This document shows positions 38,128-47,646 of a stretch of DNA of 60,267 nucleotides, piece by piece (the first letter of the stretch is position 1; every line of letters begins with the position of its first letter). The notes under the pieces were generated by a model. That model ran no database searches and had not been told where the DNA came from. It worked only from the letters and a program-made list of their open reading frames with translations. The position numbers and the translations under genes are program-made. The stretch comes from Candidatus Dormiibacterota bacterium. Lineage in GTDB: Bacteria > Chloroflexota > Dormibacteria > Aeolococcales > Aeolococcaceae. Where the stretch lies: contig PKXZ01000015.1 in assembly GCA_003132525.1 (NCBI GenBank), positions 50,204 to 110,470 of the forward strand, in the 5' to 3' direction.

Positions 38128-39594
38128 ATGCCCGATGTCGAGCCCTCGGCCGGTGCCGAGCCCGATCCGGCCGCGTCCGGCCCCACCTCGCTGACGCTCC
38201 CGGCGGTGCCCCTTCGGGACAACGTCGTCTTCCCCTCGCAACTGGCTCCGCTCGCGGCGGGCCGTCCACGCTCGGTCGCAGCACTCGAGGCCGCCGTCAA
38301 CGGCGACGGGCGCGTCGTCCTGGCCATCCAGCGCGACGCCGAACGCGACGACGCCTCGATCGAGGACGTCCATGCCATCGCCGTGATCGCCCACGTCGGC
38401 GCATTCCGGCGCCTTCCAGGCGGAGGCGCTCACGCGCTCGTCGAGGGCAAGGAACGCGTCCGCATCGATGCCTTCGACGCCTCCGGCGACGCCTGGATCG
38501 CGACGGTCACGCCGCTCCCGCCCGACCCTGTCGAGGGCACCGAGGTCGACGCCCTGTTCGGATCGGTCCGAAGCCTCTTCGCGGAATACGTCAACGCCGG
38601 CGCCCAGGTCGGAGCGGACACCGCCGTCGCCATGGCACGCGCATCGCAACCTGAGCTCATCGCCGACATTGCCAGCACGTGCCCCGACTTCGGATTCGAC
38701 GATCGCGTCGCCCTCCTCCAGGAGACCGACACACTCCTCCGGCTGCGCAAGCTCATCCCACTGCTCGCCCGCGAAGTCGAGGTCGCCCAGCTGCGCAGCA
38801 AGATCCACGAAGACGTCCAGAAGACGATCAATAACTCGCAACGCGAGCACATTCTCCGCGAGCAACTGCGAGCAATCCGCAAGGAACTCTCCGAGCTCGA
38901 CGACGCCGGCGAAGACGACGAAGACCTCAGCGCTCGCGTCGAGAAAGCCGGCATGCCCGACAACGTCAAACAACGCGTCCTCAAGGAAGTCCACCGCCTG
39001 GAACAGATCCCCAGCGCCAGCCCGGAAATGGGAATGGTCCGAACCTGGGTCGACTGGCTCCTGGACCTTCCATGGATCGATCCACCCGCAGAGACGCTCG
39101 ACATCGAACGTGCCGCCGCCATCCTCGACGAAGACCACTACGGCCTCACAAAAGTCAAAGACCGCGTCCTCGAATGGCTCGCCGTCCGCGACCGAATCCG
39201 CGTGAAAGGCATCGCCGAGGAAGCAGCAGCGGAGACAGCGACAGCCGACGCCGAAGCTGGTGCCGCTGTCGAGGCGGCCAGAGTGGCAGCAGAGTCGGCG
39301 CACGAATCCTCAAGCGAGACAGCGAACTCCAGAGCCGATACTGCGAGCGAATCCGCGCCCGCGCAATCGGAACCGGTAGATCCCGGAGAGCCAGAGAACG
39401 CGGAAACGAACGCCCCACATGTGGCCTCCCAGGAGGCGGGTGGCGGAGCGGGGGGCAGCGCCGATCTGCCGCCCCGCGCCGCGCAGGACGTTCCCAGAAC
39501 ACCTAGCGATGGGGAGTCAGACGGGGCAGCGGAGCGGCGAGGGGTCCCCGCTCCGACAGGACCCGGACCAGACCTTTTTATGCCGGGGTGCTAG
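38128..39594 (+). pseudogene. lon: Lon protease N-terminal substrate-binding domain plus long helix only. The AAA+ and protease domains are absent and are replaced by a low-complexity acidic tail.
   Basis: LPAVPLRDNVVFPSQLAPLAAGR ... QREHILREQLRAIRKEL ... ILDEDHYGLTKVKDRVLEWLAVRDRIRVKG matches Lon up to the residue where the Walker A segment (GPILCLVGPPGVGKT) should follow, at about 39210. After that the sequence is an E/A/S/T/P-rich tail. Confidence 0.6.
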
Positions 39595-39937
39595 ACCTCG
39601 GCGACAGCACGCAGAATTCGTTGGCTTCTGGATCCGCCATCACCACCCAGCTGACGTCACCCTGGCCGATATCGATGGGGCGCGCGCCGAGCGATATCAG
39701 GCGCTTAACCTCTACCGCCTGGTCGTCGGGGCGCAGGTCGAGGTGGATGCGGTCCTTCACCGATTTCCCCTCGGGGACCTGGAGGAACAGGATGTCCGGG
39801 CTCTCGCCGCCCGGCTCGATCCACAATTCGCCGTCCTCGGGCCCGTGGAGCTCGAGACCGAGCGCCTCGCTCCAGAAGGACCCGACCAGGAGTGGGTCGC
39901 TGCAATCGATGACGATGTTCTGCCAGCGAAGAGTCAT
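39578..39937 (-). CDS. VOC/glyoxalase-family small protein
   Basis: MTLRWQNIVIDCSDPLLVGSFWSEALG...IHLDL...FCVL, the typical glyoxalase-like domain pattern. Start trimmed to the ATG at comp(39935..39937). Confidence 0.65.
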   Translation of the reverse strand: MTLRWQNIVIDCSDPLLVGSFWSEALGLELHGPEDGELWIEPGGESPDILFLQVPEGKSVKDRIHLDLRPDDQAVEVKRLISLGARPIDIGQGDVSWVVMADPEANEFCVLSPRSSTPA

Positions 39938-39947
39938 GAGCGGAAGT

Positions 39948-41123
39948 CTAGCTTTGGACCGGAGCCCCGAGCACCGCGTCACGGACGGCGCCGACCTGCG
40001 CCTCCGGGGTGTACCAGCGGAGCGTGTGCTCGAGGCCTCGCTCGGCGACTCCGACGAGGTCGAGGTCACCGCACACCGCTCGTTCGAGCCGGTCCTCCCA
40101 GTCGTACGCGTCCACCAGGTACCCGTTGACGCCGTCGTCGATCGCGAGACGAAAGCTGTAGGTCGGGGTTGCCATGGTGGGGGTTTCCACGATCGCCGCC
40201 TCGAAGTACTTGAGCTCGGACTTCGAGTTGCTGAACGCGTTGGTCTGCAGCGGCACGACATTGAGGCTTGTGGACCCGATGATCGTCTGCAACGTGAGGA
40301 AGTCGGTGAGCGGGAGACTGTCGATGCGATCGCTGAATCCGCGGAGTGCCGGTCCGAGATCGAGGAAACCCACGACGCGGAGCCGGACGTCGCTGTGCCG
40401 GGTCATGACCCTGGCGAGCGCGGTCGACACCAGTTCGAAGTCGCGGTTATGGGTCGGGGTGCCGCTGAAGTAGCCGATGCTGCTGACGCCCTGTGCCCCG
40501 GTGGATGCGTGCCGTGTGCGCCGGATCTCCGCCGATCGCTCCAGCTGCAACGCGTTGAGAAAGTTGGGGACCACCCATGTCGGCAGCTGCGCGAAATCCT
40601 CGATGCGGGCAGCGAGGAAGTGGTTCGTTGTGACCGCGCCGTCGCAGAGGCGGAGCATCGCGCCGAGCCGCGACATTGCCGCGAACCACTCGTCGAGCAT
40701 GGCCTCGTCGGGATGGCGGTCGAGCGTCTCGAGCACGAGGCTCACGTAGCGCACATCGAAGATCAGGTCGTCGACGTCGAAGAGAACGCGGCAGCCTGAG
40801 GCGCGAGCACCGGTGACCAGGCTGTCGAAGCGCGCGGTGTATCGCGTCCGGCAGATGATCAGCGTGTCGATGTCGCCGATCAGGCGCTCGAGGATCGGCA
40901 GCTCCGCCCGCGTGAACCAGGTTGCCGAGATGGGCTTCCCTTCGTGCTCGACGCCGAGTGCTTCGACCATGTTGAACACGCGATAGCGAAAGGTGCTCGT
41001 GTCGGGCACGTCATAGACGTAGGCGACCTTGTGCGCCGGTGGCTCGGTGACCCTGCGGATGCGCTCCTCGATGCTGGGCGCCCACGGATCCGGAAACCTC
41101 GGCGGAGTTGGCTTGGGGGCCAC
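39948..41123 (-). CDS. Glycosyltransferase (GT-B-like)
   Basis: The coherent protein begins at the GTG at comp(41121..41123); the upstream part of track ORF 39948..42440 is Arg-rich shadow. The C-terminal half carries an SKSELKYFEAA (E-x7-E-like) region. I could not assign a family by eye. Confidence 0.55.
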   Translation of the reverse strand: MAPKPTPPRFPDPWAPSIEERIRRVTEPPAHKVAYVYDVPDTSTFRYRVFNMVEALGVEHEGKPISATWFTRAELPILERLIGDIDTLIICRTRYTARFDSLVTGARASGCRVLFDVDDLIFDVRYVSLVLETLDRHPDEAMLDEWFAAMSRLGAMLRLCDGAVTTNHFLAARIEDFAQLPTWVVPNFLNALQLERSAEIRRTRHASTGAQGVSSIGYFSGTPTHNRDFELVSTALARVMTRHSDVRLRVVGFLDLGPALRGFSDRIDSLPLTDFLTLQTIIGSTSLNVVPLQTNAFSNSKSELKYFEAAIVETPTMATPTYSFRLAIDDGVNGYLVDAYDWEDRLERAVCGDLDLVGVAERGLEHTLRWYTPEAQVGAVRDAVLGAPVQS

Positions 41124-41125
41124 CC

Positions 41126-42832
41126 CTACGCCTTGGTTGCTGCGAGCGCACCCGCGAACTGATCGCAGATCGGCGCGAAGACCGCGTTCCAGTCGGTCAT
41201 GAACTTGCTGCTCCGATGGTTCGCCTCGCGAAGCGCGACGTCCTGCGCCAAGGCGATGCCCTGGCTGATGCCGGCGACCAGGCTGGCGAGGTCCGGGTCG
41301 GCGCAGATGATGTTCGCCGAGTACTGATCGAGCGATCGCTTGTAGCGCCCAAAGGTGTTGGTGACCACGACTGCGCCGGCGGCGGCCAGGTCGAGCGGCG
41401 GGTAGCTCGAGTGCGGCGATGCCATCAGCGAAAGCCCCAGGTCCATGCGCCGGAGCAGCTGCTGATAGTCGTGCCAGCCGAGGTTCTCGATGAGCTTCGG
41501 CCGGACGCCGCCGGGGAGCGAGACGGGCTCCAGGTCCCTGCCGATGAAGTAGAGGCCCCATCGCTCGGGGTCGAGAAGGCCGCCCTCGATTGCCCCGGCA
41601 ATCGCCTCGAGACCGCGGTAGTAGAGGTTGCGGAAGTTCTTCGGCCGCGCATAGAAGATGAAGTTTCGTTTGCCCGGTACGGATGGCTCTCGCGGTGTCA
41701 GAAACGCGGGGAATGCCGGATCGAACCAGGTTGGGGCGTGCAGGTGGGCGTCGGCGCCGTCGAAGAGATAGTCGAAGAGCGGCTTGGAGTTGACCACGCA
41801 GGCGATGCGCGGATCCTCGAGGATCTCCGCAGAGCGGATCGAGTCGTCGCCCTCTGGGTAGAATCGGCGCTCGTCCTCCTGGACCAGATAGATGATGTTC
41901 GAGGGGTCGACTGAAGCGCGTGTGGCCCACGTCGTCCACCAGGACGTGGTGACGAAGAGGTCGCCGGTGGCGATGTCGACGAGCCGTCCGTCTGGCGAGT
42001 CGCGCGAGGAGAAGACGAAGTCGACATCTCCCTGCCACGCGATCCCGTTGGCCTCCAGCACGGTTCTGCAGTTCGCCGGGGTTGGCGGCTCGGCACGCGT
42101 GATGATCCGCAGCGGACGATCCATGCGCCGCGCCAGCAGGGTTGCGAAGATCAGCGCGGTCCCGACGCCTCCGAACAGACTGCCGCTGTTGATGCTGTCG
42201 GTGATCATCGAGACGCGCTTCGGTGCGGACGCACTCGAGTACACGCGCAGCGGGCGCAGGTTTCGGAAACGCTCCTGCAGCGTCAGGGTGAGCCAGCGGT
42301 GCTCCACCGTCGACGGCGCGATCGTGCTGCCGCGCGCGCGTCCATGGCGCAGGTAGTGAAGCAGCGCATTGGTGCCGGGTGACACGTCCGGGTTGTGCTC
42401 GAGATAGAACTCGGTCGAGAAGCGGGGACTCGGATCCCATCCTCGCGCCGCGCCGACGAGTGCGTAGTGACGCAGAGGGTCCATCCCGGAGAGCGGCACG
42501 TCAGGGTAGTTGGACGTGTACCAGTCGCCGTCGAAGAGCCCGGATCCCTCGATGTCGCGCAGATCACGCGGAAACTGCAGCCGCGCCAGGGCCCTGCGGT
42601 GAAAGTTGATGCGGCCTGTGCCGGTGACGACGTTGAGCGCCTTGATCGCGGTCTTCGAGACCTGCGGGTGCTGGAGAATGATCGAGCGGAGTTGCGAATA
42701 CGGCGGCTCGAGCAGTGACTCGCGCAGGCGGACGTTCTCGCGCTGTGCCTCGTCGAGCTCGTGCTGCAGCAGCGTGAGCTTCAGGCTCGGGTCGTCGGGT
42801 CCCCGAGCGCCATTTTCGTTCGGCGATTGCAT
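41126..42832 (-). CDS. WsaF-like glycosyltransferase with an N-terminal coiled-coil and duplicated NPDV...HY repeats
   Basis: LQHELDEAQRENVRLRE; the repeats DWYTSNYPDV...DPLRHYALVGAARGWDP and FYLEHNPDV...ALLHYLRHGRARG; and the core ITDSINSGSLFGGVGTALIF. Confidence 0.6.
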   Translation of the reverse strand: MQSPNENGARGPDDPSLKLTLLQHELDEAQRENVRLRESLLEPPYSQLRSIILQHPQVSKTAIKALNVVTGTGRINFHRRALARLQFPRDLRDIEGSGLFDGDWYTSNYPDVPLSGMDPLRHYALVGAARGWDPSPRFSTEFYLEHNPDVSPGTNALLHYLRHGRARGSTIAPSTVEHRWLTLTLQERFRNLRPLRVYSSASAPKRVSMITDSINSGSLFGGVGTALIFATLLARRMDRPLRIITRAEPPTPANCRTVLEANGIAWQGDVDFVFSSRDSPDGRLVDIATGDLFVTTSWWTTWATRASVDPSNIIYLVQEDERRFYPEGDDSIRSAEILEDPRIACVVNSKPLFDYLFDGADAHLHAPTWFDPAFPAFLTPREPSVPGKRNFIFYARPKNFRNLYYRGLEAIAGAIEGGLLDPERWGLYFIGRDLEPVSLPGGVRPKLIENLGWHDYQQLLRRMDLGLSLMASPHSSYPPLDLAAAGAVVVTNTFGRYKRSLDQYSANIICADPDLASLVAGISQGIALAQDVALREANHRSSKFMTDWNAVFAPICDQFAGALAATKA

Positions 42833-42891
42833 GCTGGCGGCTAGCGTCCGGGGGATTGATTCATGGCGTGCTGCTGTTCGGCACGAGCCGG

Positions 42892-44766
42892 TCAGCCCGC
42901 GAGCACCTCGGTGGCCGGCAGCAACCCGAGCGCGGCCGCTGCGATGCCGTCTGGGTCCAGTCCGAGCTGTCCGAGCAGCGCTGCCTGCGCGCCATGTTCG
43001 ATGAAGCGGTCGGGCAGCCCGAGCCGTACGATCGGCACGATCACGCCGTCCGAGGCGAGGAGGTCGGTGACGGCGGAACCGAAGCCGCCACTTGCAACGC
43101 CGTCCTCGACGGTGATGACGGCCCGGTGGCGCGCGGCGATTGCACTCAGCTCGGGCGCAAGCGGCTTGACGAATCGCGCATCCACCACCGTCGTGGAGAT
43201 GCCCAGAGCTCCGAGCTTCTCCTGCGCCTGCATCGCGACCGCGACCATCTTGCCGACGGCGAAGAGCGCGAGGTCCTGGCCGCGGTGGCGGATGACCACG
43301 CTCGGCACTGGAACCGCTTCGAGCGGTTCGCTGCTCACCGACGGCGCCGCTCCCCGCGGGAAGCGCAGCGAGAATGGCCCATCACCGGCGAGCGCGGTCG
43401 CGAACATCCTGCGCAGCTCATCCGGCGAGCTCGGCGCCGAGATCGTCATCCCGGGGATGCAGCGCAGGTACGCGAGGTCGAGGAAGCCATGGTGCGACGG
43501 TCCGTCCGCACCGGTGATGCCGGCTCGGTCGATGACAAAGGTCACCGGAAGCCGGTGCAGGGCAACGTCGCACGTGATCTGGTCGAATGCGCGCTGCAGG
43601 AACGTCGAGTAGATGCACACCACCGGGCGCAACCCGCGCATGGCCAGGCCGGCGGCGAAGGTCACAGCGTGCTGCTCGGCGATGCCGACATCGAAGAAGC
43701 GGTCGGGGAATCGCTGCGCGAACTCGAGGAGCCCCGTCGACGACGCCATCGCGGCCGTGATCGCGACGATCCGCTCGTCGGACTCCGCGGCCTCGCAGAG
43801 CGCGTCGCCGAAGACGTCGGTCCAGTCGAGGCCCTTCTTGGCAGCCGCTCCGCTGTCCGGGTCGAACGTCGAGACCCCATGGAATTTGTCAACCTTGTCT
43901 GCAACCGCGGGGCCGTATCCCTGCCCCTTGTTGGTGACCACATGCACCACCACCGGTCCATGGATGCGCGCGGCGTCGCGAAGCGCCTTCTCGACGGCCT
44001 GCAGATCGTGCCCGTCGATCGGTCCGCCGTACTTGAGGCCGAGCGTCTCGAAGAGCGAGATCGGCGCCACCAGCTGCTTCAGGGAGTTCTTCATGCGCCG
44101 GGCGGTCTCGTACGCGGAGTGCCCCACCGCCGGCAGCGAGCGCAGCGCGGTTCCCGCCGCATCCTTCGCTGCCTCGTAGCGTGGTGACAGGCGCAGATGC
44201 CCGAGGTTCTCGGCGATCCCGCCGACCGTCGGCGCGTAGCTGCGGCCGTTGTCGTTGAGGATGATCACCATCTCGGGCTTGAGCTGCCCGATGTTGTTGA
44301 GCGCCTCGTACGCCATGCCGCCCGTGAGCGCGCCATCGCCGACAACGCACACGACCTTGCCCGTCTCGCCACGCAGTTCGCGTGCGGTGGCGAAGCCGAG
44401 CGCGTAGCTGAGCCCGGTCGACGCATGCGAGTTCTCGATCAGGTCGTGCTCGGACTCGCGCCGCGACGGATACCCGCTGAGGCCGCCCTGCTGGCGCAGG
44501 GTCTCGAACTGACCGAGCCTGCCGGTGAGCATCTTGTGCACGTAGGCCTGGTGCCCGGTATCGAAGATGATCGCGTCGCGAGGGCTGTCGAAGACGCGGT
44601 GCATGGCGACCGTGAGCTCGACGACCCCGAGGTTGGGACCGAGGTGTCCACCGGTCCGCGAGACGGCGGTGACCAATTCCTCGCGGATCTCGGCGCAGAG
44701 GCGGGTCAGATCTTCCGGGCCGAGCCCACGCAGGTCGTCCGGGCCGGCGATCTCCTCGAGCAGCAC
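42892..44766 (-). CDS. dxs: 1-deoxy-D-xylulose-5-phosphate synthase
   Basis: GGHLGPNLGVVELT, DTGHQAYVHK, GDGALTGGMAYEALN and DRAGITGADGPSHHG. Confidence 0.92.
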   Translation of the reverse strand: MLLEEIAGPDDLRGLGPEDLTRLCAEIREELVTAVSRTGGHLGPNLGVVELTVAMHRVFDSPRDAIIFDTGHQAYVHKMLTGRLGQFETLRQQGGLSGYPSRRESEHDLIENSHASTGLSYALGFATARELRGETGKVVCVVGDGALTGGMAYEALNNIGQLKPEMVIILNDNGRSYAPTVGGIAENLGHLRLSPRYEAAKDAAGTALRSLPAVGHSAYETARRMKNSLKQLVAPISLFETLGLKYGGPIDGHDLQAVEKALRDAARIHGPVVVHVVTNKGQGYGPAVADKVDKFHGVSTFDPDSGAAAKKGLDWTDVFGDALCEAAESDERIVAITAAMASSTGLLEFAQRFPDRFFDVGIAEQHAVTFAAGLAMRGLRPVVCIYSTFLQRAFDQITCDVALHRLPVTFVIDRAGITGADGPSHHGFLDLAYLRCIPGMTISAPSSPDELRRMFATALAGDGPFSLRFPRGAAPSVSSEPLEAVPVPSVVIRHRGQDLALFAVGKMVAVAMQAQEKLGALGISTTVVDARFVKPLAPELSAIAARHRAVITVEDGVASGGFGSAVTDLLASDGVIVPIVRLGLPDRFIEHGAQAALLGQLGLDPDGIAAAALGLLPATEVLAG

Positions 44767-44860
44767 ATGGTCAGTCTAGTGGAGGGGGCATGAGCTGGCT
44801 CCTCGGCGGCTCGCGCGCGAAATGCCCACCCGAGCGGGTCGCGGAGCATGATTACCGGCC

Positions 44861-45664
44861 ATGCAGGGATTGGAGCCGCGCGAGGCAGTGCTCGAATGCG
44901 CCGCGCGGGATGGGGATATCGCGGAGGGCGCGCTCTGGCTCGCTGCCGACGACTGCCCCGGCGTGGAGCCGGAGCCCTGGCTCGAGCGCCTCGATGAGCT
45001 GGCGGGTGAGCTGCGCACGCGCTGCGGGCTCCACGGCTGCGGGCCGTCCGATGCCCCGCTGGTCGGGGCCCTGCTCCGCGATCGCCTGCGCCTGCGCGGC
45101 GCGGGAGGTGGGGACCCGCGCGCCCACTACCTCCATACTGTGCTCGAACGCGGCGCCGGCGTGCCAATCGCGTGCTCGGCCATCTGGATCGCGGTCGGCG
45201 CCCGCGCCGAGATCCCCGTTGAGGGGGTGAACCTTCCCGGGCACTTCGTGGTGCGCGTCGACGGGCACCTCTTCGACACCATCGCAAGCGGTGAGCCCCT
45301 CGATGACGACGACGTCAAGCGCCTGGTCACGACATCGACGGGTCAGGAGATCGAACGCCTCGAGCCGGCCCAGATGGCCCGAGCCAGCGCCCGCGACATG
45401 CTCGCGCGGATGTCGCGCAACCTGCGCCGCTGCTATACGAGCCTCGAATGCTGGGACCAGGCGCTTCGCGCCGCGGACCGCTGCGTCGACCTGGTGCCGT
45501 CGCCCGCCGAGCGCCGCGATCGTGGTCTCCTCCTCTGGCGCATGGGGAGGGTCGTCGCGGCGCTCAACGACATCAACGCCTACCTCGAAGAGGCGCCCGA
45601 GAGCTGCTCCGATCGCACTGCGATGACCGAGGTCGCCGGCAGGCTCCGCGCCTTCCTCAACTGA
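44861..45664 (+). CDS. Transglutaminase-like / SirB1-family protein with a C-terminal TPR-like region
   Basis: RGAGVPIACSAIWIAVGARAEIPVEGVNLPGHFVVRV matches the SirB1 N-terminal family pattern. Confidence 0.6.
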   Translation: MQGLEPREAVLECAARDGDIAEGALWLAADDCPGVEPEPWLERLDELAGELRTRCGLHGCGPSDAPLVGALLRDRLRLRGAGGGDPRAHYLHTVLERGAGVPIACSAIWIAVGARAEIPVEGVNLPGHFVVRVDGHLFDTIASGEPLDDDDVKRLVTTSTGQEIERLEPAQMARASARDMLARMSRNLRRCYTSLECWDQALRAADRCVDLVPSPAERRDRGLLLWRMGRVVAALNDINAYLEEAPESCSDRTAMTEVAGRLRAFLN

Positions 45665-45691
45665 CCGAAGGGTTTGGCCGCGCGCCGGGGC

Positions 45692-46063
45692 TCAGTGCAC
45701 CCCGATGATGAGCGACAGCAGCCAGAGCAACCCGATGAGCGCGAGGACCGTGAACGGCATCATCACGAACACGACGAACGAGAAGACGACGCGCTCGTCG
45801 GGCATCAATTCCGGCGCCCGCTTGCGGACGCGCAGATCGTGTGCGTACCAGTAGATCCCGCCGATGAGAAATCCCAGCAGCAGGAAGAAGATCCCGGCGA
45901 ATGCGGAGACGATCCCCACCGCGTTGGGGGAGAGTGTGAACCGCCAGGCGGCCCCACCCGCGAGTGAGAGCAGCCCGCACGAGATGTAGCGGAGCAGCAT
46001 CGGGACCGGACGCGGCTGCGTTGGGTCTGGTGCCTGTCGCCGCGTGGCGGCAGCCTTCTTCAT
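45692..46063 (-). CDS. Small integral membrane protein (123 aa, about 3 TMS), unknown function
   Basis: The ATG at comp(46061..46063) is followed by a basic N-terminus and three hydrophobic segments. Confidence 0.45.
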   Translation of the reverse strand: MKKAAATRRQAPDPTQPRPVPMLLRYISCGLLSLAGGAAWRFTLSPNAVGIVSAFAGIFFLLLGFLIGGIYWYAHDLRVRKRAPELMPDERVVFSFVVFVMMPFTVLALIGLLWLLSLIIGVH

Positions 46064-46202
46064 GGCCACGCCAGGGCGGGAGTTGGAGGGCACGCGCCGA
46101 GTATAGGGACGGCGAGCCAGGCACCCGGTGGGGAGAGCGCCCACCGTCTGGCGCTCACCTACACTGGCGGGCACTGCGTCTGCGCACGGAGGACCCGGAA
46201 CC

Positions 46203-46661
46203 ATGACCGTGGGGTCTCGACTCCCCGACTTCGACCTCGAGACCAGCGGCGGCGATCGCGTGACCAACGCCGACCTCGAAGGCCGCCGCACCCTCCTGTA
46301 CTTCTATCCGAAGGACGACACACCCGGCTGCACCCTCGAGGGCCAGGAATTCACCCGGCTCAACGATGCTTTCGCGGCGGCCGGCGTCACGGTCTACGGC
46401 GTCTCACCCGACAGCCTGAAGAAGCACCAGCGCTTCATCGAGAAATGCTCGCTCGGCATTCCCTTGATCAGTGACCCGGACCGGCGTCTCATCGAGTCAC
46501 AGGGACTGTGGGTCGAGAAGAAGTTCATGGGACGGGAGTACATGGGCGTCGCGCGCAGTACGCTGCTGATCGGACCGGACGGCACCGTCGAGCGCGAATG
46601 GCGGGATGTCAAGCCCAGCGGGCACGCCGCAGAGGTCCTGGAGACCATCAACGGCGGTTAG
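46203..46661 (+). CDS. bcp: Thioredoxin-dependent thiol peroxidase (Bcp/PrxQ)
   Basis: YFYPKDDTPGCTLEG peroxidatic-Cys motif; SD ggagga upstream of the ATG at 46203. Confidence 0.88.
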   Translation: MTVGSRLPDFDLETSGGDRVTNADLEGRRTLLYFYPKDDTPGCTLEGQEFTRLNDAFAAAGVTVYGVSPDSLKKHQRFIEKCSLGIPLISDPDRRLIESQGLWVEKKFMGREYMGVARSTLLIGPDGTVEREWRDVKPSGHAAEVLETINGG

Positions 46662-47646
46662 GAGCGCGATCGCCGGGGCGCGGATCGAACTCGCCACGCT
46701 GCTCCGGCGGCGCGTCATCTTCGTCGTAGGGAAGGGAGGCACCGGCAGGAGCACGATGACCGCGGCGCTGGCGCTGCTCGCGGCCCGCGCCGGCAAGCGC
46801 GTCCTCGCCATCGACGTCGACGCCAAGGGCGAACTCGCCGCCGCACTCGGATCACCACCCGCGGGTTTCGCACCACGGGTGGTCCAGCACAACCTCTCCG
46901 TTCTGGAGCTCCGCACTGATGAGTCGTTCCAGGAATACCTGAACATCTATTTCAAGGTCCCGCGCGTGACCCGCCTGACCCCGCTGGCGCGCGTCTTCGA
47001 CTTCATCGCAACCGGGGTGCCCGGCCCGCGCGACATGCTGGTGGTCGGCAAGATCGCGTATGAAGAGCGCCGCAAGGAGACCGGGGGCGGGTCGCCCTTC
47101 TGGGATCTCATCCTCGTCGACTCGGCGGCGGGTGGCCAGGCGGAGTCACATCTTGCGGCCCCCAAGGCGATGCTCACGCTCGTCCGTGGCGGGCTCATCC
47201 GCGCCCAGGTGGAGTGGATCGACGCCCTGATCCGCGATCCCCGCCGGACCTCGACGGTGCTCTGCGCGCTGCCCGAGGAGATGCCCGTGGTGGAGGCGAT
47301 CGAGCTCAACGAGCGCCTGCGCAAGGGATCCGGCGTCGCCGTGGACGTCTGCCTGCTCAACCGTGCCGTCGATGCGCCGGTGACCGCGGCGCACCGCCGC
47401 TTCGTGGCCGCGATGACTGACCCGGAGCATGCCGGCGCGGTCGCCAAGCGCCTGGGAGGATCGCCGGAACCGCTCGCGGCCGGGATCGACCTCCAGGCAC
47501 ACCTTTACGACACCACCACCCGGTACCTTCGCCAGCTCCGCAACAAGCTTCCGATGCCGGTCGTCCCGGTGCCGTTCATCGTCGATCGGACCGGGCTCAC
47601 CACCACGCGAGCCGTGGCCGACGCCCTCCACAGCAGGCTCGCATGA
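46606..47646 (+). CDS. ArsA/Get3-like ATPase, first of a pair (Rv3679-like)
   Basis: Deviant Walker A VVGKGGTGRST. The start is uncertain: the track ATG at 46606 overlaps bcp by 56 nt, and no canonical start lies closer to the Walker A. Confidence 0.7.
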   Translation: MSSPAGTPQRSWRPSTAVRSAIAGARIELATLLRRRVIFVVGKGGTGRSTMTAALALLAARAGKRVLAIDVDAKGELAAALGSPPAGFAPRVVQHNLSVLELRTDESFQEYLNIYFKVPRVTRLTPLARVFDFIATGVPGPRDMLVVGKIAYEERRKETGGGSPFWDLILVDSAAGGQAESHLAAPKAMLTLVRGGLIRAQVEWIDALIRDPRRTSTVLCALPEEMPVVEAIELNERLRKGSGVAVDVCLLNRAVDAPVTAAHRRFVAAMTDPEHAGAVAKRLGGSPEPLAAGIDLQAHLYDTTTRYLRQLRNKLPMPVVPVPFIVDRTGLTTTRAVADALHSRLA

